From NCBI GenBank assembly GCA_013239625.1, contig MU054308.1, positions 293,356 through 349,767 of the forward strand: a stretch of 56,412 bases of DNA, given 5' to 3'. The notes beneath the pieces are model-generated. The model searched no databases and was not told the origin of the DNA. It saw nothing but the letters and a program-made list of their open reading frames with translations. The stretch is from Lama guanicoe. Taxonomy: Eukaryota. Made by a program: the position numbers and the translations under genes. Positions 52,201 to 56,412 of this stretch are shown here, in pieces (positions within the stretch are counted from its first letter, which is position 1; every line of letters begins with the position of its first letter).

Positions 52201-55200
52201 TTACTACACTACATACATATATATGGGGAGGTACAAGCTCCAACTCGGTATTACACTGAAAAATACAGGAACGTCAAACCGGCACCAGGAAACAGACTGA
52301 GAAACCAGAGTAAGTGTTTCCCTTGCAACCCGTTCCCTTTGTGCTGGATGAAAGAACGTCTCTCCACATGCTCAGTTCTGAGGGATAATTGTGTGTGAAA
52401 GCCGTCCTTCACCTAGCTTGAAAGGAACACAAAGGTTCTTTTCTGTTGCAAAAAATACACTACATAAATGTATACGGGGAGGTACAAGCTCCAACTCGGT
52501 TTTACAGTGAGAACGGCAGGAATTTCAAACCGACCCTAGGAAACATATTGAGAATCCAGAGTTATTGTTTCTCCTGCAAACAGTTCCATTTGTGCTGGAT
52601 GAACGAACTTCTCTCCACATGCTCAGTTTTGAGAGATAAGATCCTGTGAAAGCGGTCCTTTACCTAGCTTGATGGGAACACAATGTTTCTTTTCAGTTGC
52701 TAACCCCACTACATACATATATACGGGGAGGTGCAAGCTCCAACTCAGTTTTACAGTGAAAAAGGCAGGAACTTCAAACCGGCACTAGGAAATAGACTGA
52801 GAAACCAGAGTAAGTGTTTCTCCTGCAACCCGTTCCCTTTGCCCTGGATGAACGAATGTCTCTCCACATGCGCAGTTGTGAGACATAAGTGTGTGGAAAG
52901 CCGTCCTTCACCTAGCTTGAAGGGAACACAAAGTTTCTTTTCAGTTGCAAACTCAACTACATACATATATATGGGGAGGTACAAGCTCAAACTCGGTTTT
53001 ACATTGAAAGCGACAAGAACTTCAAACCGGCACTAGGAAACAGAGAAAGCAGAGTAATTTTTTCCCCTGCAACGCATTCCCTTTGTACTGGATGAAAGAA
53101 CGTCTCTCCACATGCTCATTTCTGAGAGATAAGTGTGTGTGAAAGCCGTCCTTCTCCTAGCTTGAAGGGAACACAATGTTTCTTTTCAGTTGTAAAATCC
53201 ACTTCATACATATATATTGAGAGGAACAAGGTCGAACTCTGTTTTACAGTGAAAACTACAGGAACTTCAAACCGGCACTAGGAAACAGACTGAGAAGCCA
53301 TAGTAAGTGTTTCTCCTGCAACCCGTTCCCTTTGTGCTGGATGAACGAACGTCTCTCCACATGCTCACTTCTGAGAGATAAGTATGTGTGAAAGCCGCCC
53401 TTCACCTGGCTTGAAGGGAACACAAAGTTTCTTTTCAGTTGCAACAGCACTACATACATGTGTATGAGGAGGTACAAGCTACAACAATTTTTTACAGTGA
53501 AAAACGCAGTAACTTCAAACCGGCCCTAGGAAACGGTCTTAGAAACGAGTGTAAGTGTTTCTCGTGCAACCCGTTACACTTGTGCTTGATGAAGGAACGT
53601 GTCTCTACATGCCCTTTTTGAGAGATAATTGTGTGTGAAAGCCATCCTTCACCTAGCTTGAAGGGAACACAAAGTATCTTTTCAGTTGCAAACTACACTA
53701 TATACATGTATATAGGGAAGTACAATCTCCAACTATGTTTTACAGTGAAAACTGCAGGAACTTCTAACTTGCCCTAGGAAACAGACAGAGAAACCAGAGT
53801 TAGTGTTTCTGAGAGTTAATTGTGTGTGAAAGCCGTCCTTCACCTAGCTTGAAGGGAACACAAACTTTCTTCTCAGTTGCAAATACCACTACATACATAT
53901 ATACTGGGAGGTACAAGCTCCAATTCGGTTCTACAGTGAAAACTGCCGGAACTTCAAACCTGCACTAGGAAACAGACAGAGAAACCAGAGTAAGTGTTTC
54001 TCCTGCAACCCGTTCCCTTTGTGCTGAATGAACGAAATTCTCTCAACATGCTCAGTTCTGAGAGATAAGTGTGTGTTAAAGCCGTCCTTCACCTAGCTTA
54101 AAGGAACACAAAGTTTCTTTTCAGTTGCCAACTCCACTAATGAATATGTATGGGGAGGTACAAGCTACAGATCGGTTTTAAAGTGAAAACGGCAGGAACT
54201 TCAAACCGGCACTAGGAAACAGACTGAGAAACCAGAGTAAGTGTTTCTCAAGCAAACCGTTCCCTTTGTGCTAGATGAACGAACGTCTTTCCATATTCTC
54301 AGTTCTGTGACATAAGTGTGTTTGAAAGTCGTTCTTCACCTAGCTTGAAGGGAACACAAAGTTTCTTTTCAGTTGCAAACTCCACTACATACATATATAT
54401 TGGGAGGTACAAGCTCTTACTCGGTTTTACAGTGAAAACGGCAGGAACTTCAAACCGGCCCTTGGAAACAGACTGAGAAACCAGAGTAAATGTTTCCCCT
54501 GCAACCCGTTCCCTTTGTGCTGAATGAACCATCGTCTCTCCACATGCTCACTTCTGAGAGATAAATTTGTGTGAAATCCGTCCTTCACTTTACTTGTTGG
54601 GAACACAAAGATTTATTGCAGTTACAAACTGCACTACATACATATATTTGGGGAGGTAGAAGCTCCAGCTCAGTTTTACCGTGGAAACTGCAGGAACTTC
54701 AAGCCGGCACTAAGAATCAGACTGATAATCCAGGGTGTTTGTCCAGCAACCCGTTCCCCTTGTGCTAGATGAAGATCGTCTCTCCACATGTTCAGTTCTG
54801 AGAGAAAATTGTGTGTGAAAGCTGTCCTTCACCTAGCTAGTTGGGAACACAAAATTTCTTTTCATTCGCACTCTCCAATTCATGCATATATATGGGAAGT
54901 TAGAAGCTCCAAGTCGGTTTTATCTGAAAATTACAGGAACTTCAAACCGGCACTAGGAATCAGACTGAGAATCCAGAGTACGTGTTTTCCAGCAACCCGT
55001 TCCCCTTGTGTTAGATTATCGATCGTCTCTCCACATGCTCAGCTCTGAGAGAAAATTGTGTGTGAAAACCGTCCTCCACCTAGCTTGTTGGGAACACAAA
55101 GTTTCTTTTCAGTTGCACTCTCCAATTCATTCGTATATATGGGAAAGTAGAAGCTCCTACTCGGTTTTTTATTGAAAATTTCAGGAACTTCAAACCGGCA

Positions 55201-55360
55201 CAAGAAACAGACTAGGAAACCAGAGTAAGTGTTTCTCGTACCCCGTTTCCTTTTTGCTTGGAGAGCGAACGTCTCTCCACATGCTCAGTTCTGTGATATA
55301 AGTTTGTGTAAAAGCCGTCCTTCAACTAGCTTGTTGGGAATACAAACTTTCTTTTCAGTT
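49250..55360 (+). repeat. ~249-bp satellite array, about 24-25 monomers
   Basis: The motif ggaggtacaagctcc recurs at 51237, 51486, 51735, 51983, 52232, 52483, 52732, 52980 (spacing 248-251). Monomers in 49.25-51.0 kb are much more degenerate. Confidence 0.97.
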
Positions 55361-56412
55361 TTCAGCTACACATTTGGAGAGACTTTCGTTCACCTAGCAC
55401 AATTGAAACTTGCTTCTGGTAGAACCCTCACCCTGGTTTCTCAGTCTGTTTCTTAGTGCCGATTTTAATTTCCTGAAATTTTCAGTATAAAACATAGTTG
55501 GAGCTTGTACCTCCCGATATATATGTTTGTAGTGTAGTTTCCAAATGAAAAGCATCTTTGTGTTCCCTAAAAGCTTGTTGATTGTTGGTTTTCACACTCA
55601 CTTCTCTGTAATAATTGAGCATGTGTAGTGTCTTTCGTCTATCTAGCATTAAGTGAGTGTTTGTCAGTTGTAACACTTACTCTTATTTGTCATTATGTTT
55701 CCTAGAGCTGCTTTGACGTTCATGCATTTTTCACTTTTAAATCGAGTTCGAGCTATTACCTCCCAGTACATATCTATATAGTTTTTTTCCAGTAGAAAAA
55801 ACTATGTGTTCACATCAACCTAGGTGATTCACGGATTTCACACAAACTTTATTCTCAGAGTTCAGCACGTGAGCAGACGTCCATTCATCTAACCGAAAGT
55901 GAATGGTTTGCAGTAGATTCACTTACTCTGGTTTCTCTGTATGTTTTTTAGTGTCAATTTGAAGTTCATGCAATTTTCACTGTAAAAACGTGTTGTGCTA
56001 TTACCCCCATATATATGTATGTAGATTGTTTTCCCACTGAATGAAACTCTGTGTTCCCTTCAAGCTAGTTTATTGATGGCTTCCACATATTCTGAACTCT
56101 CAGTACTGAGCAAATGGAGATACGTTTGAATACGTTTGTTAGCATAAAAAGAATAGGTACCAATAGAAACTCATACTCTGGTGTCACAGTATGTTTAATA
56201 TTTTTGGTTTGAACTTCATGATGTTTTCACTGTAAAACCTATTTGGGAACTGTACCTGCCGATGTATATTTATGTAATGTGTTCCTCACTGTAAACAAAC
56301 TATGTGATCCCAAGAAGATTTGTGATTTTTGGCTTTCACACACGTTCAATTTTTGAAACTGAGTATATGAGGAGGGATTCGTTCATCTACACTAAACAGA
56401 ATGGATTGCTGT
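55361..56412 (-). repeat. Same ~249-bp satellite in inverted orientation (about 4 divergent monomers)
   Basis: Reverse-complement motifs such as ctggtttctcagtctgtttcttagtgccg, gttggagcttgtacctccc and ttttcactgtaaaa. Confidence 0.95.

Noticed and set aside
52829..52856. CENP-B box in the satellite (CCCG...CGAA)
   Set aside because: The half-sites are 20 nt apart instead of 7.
57..55676. The many 60-158-aa ORFs in the six-frame track as real genes
   Set aside because: Short, overlapping and without recognisable domains, apart from those overlapping TRAPPC9 pseudo-exons or L1 ORF2.

Overview
Mammalian nuclear DNA, most likely camelid (two vic-1-like tRNA-derived SINEs). I find no intact protein-coding gene. 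The window reads as a segmental-duplication mosaic running into satellite DNA. (i) 1-~36 kb: an intron-containing, disabled partial copy of TRAPPC9 on the + strand (three consecutive exons with a stop codon and frameshifts). Its introns hold a ~7.1-kb two-LTR class-I ERV, two solo LTRs, nested L1/SINE/MITE insertions and a near-perfect 312-bp tandem duplication. (ii) ~37.9-49.0 kb: a minus-strand relic of the 3' end of a short-exon gene, tentatively CCDC7-like, plus an odd ~100-bp CpG-rich, hairpin-dense island. (iii) ~49.25 kb to the end: a ~249-bp satellite array with a divergence gradient, a 58-bp-deleted monomer, a local sub-family block and a strand inversion at ~55,360. Gene and repeat identities come from recalled sequences and manual alignment, not database searches. 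I do not see evidence for a new functional system.
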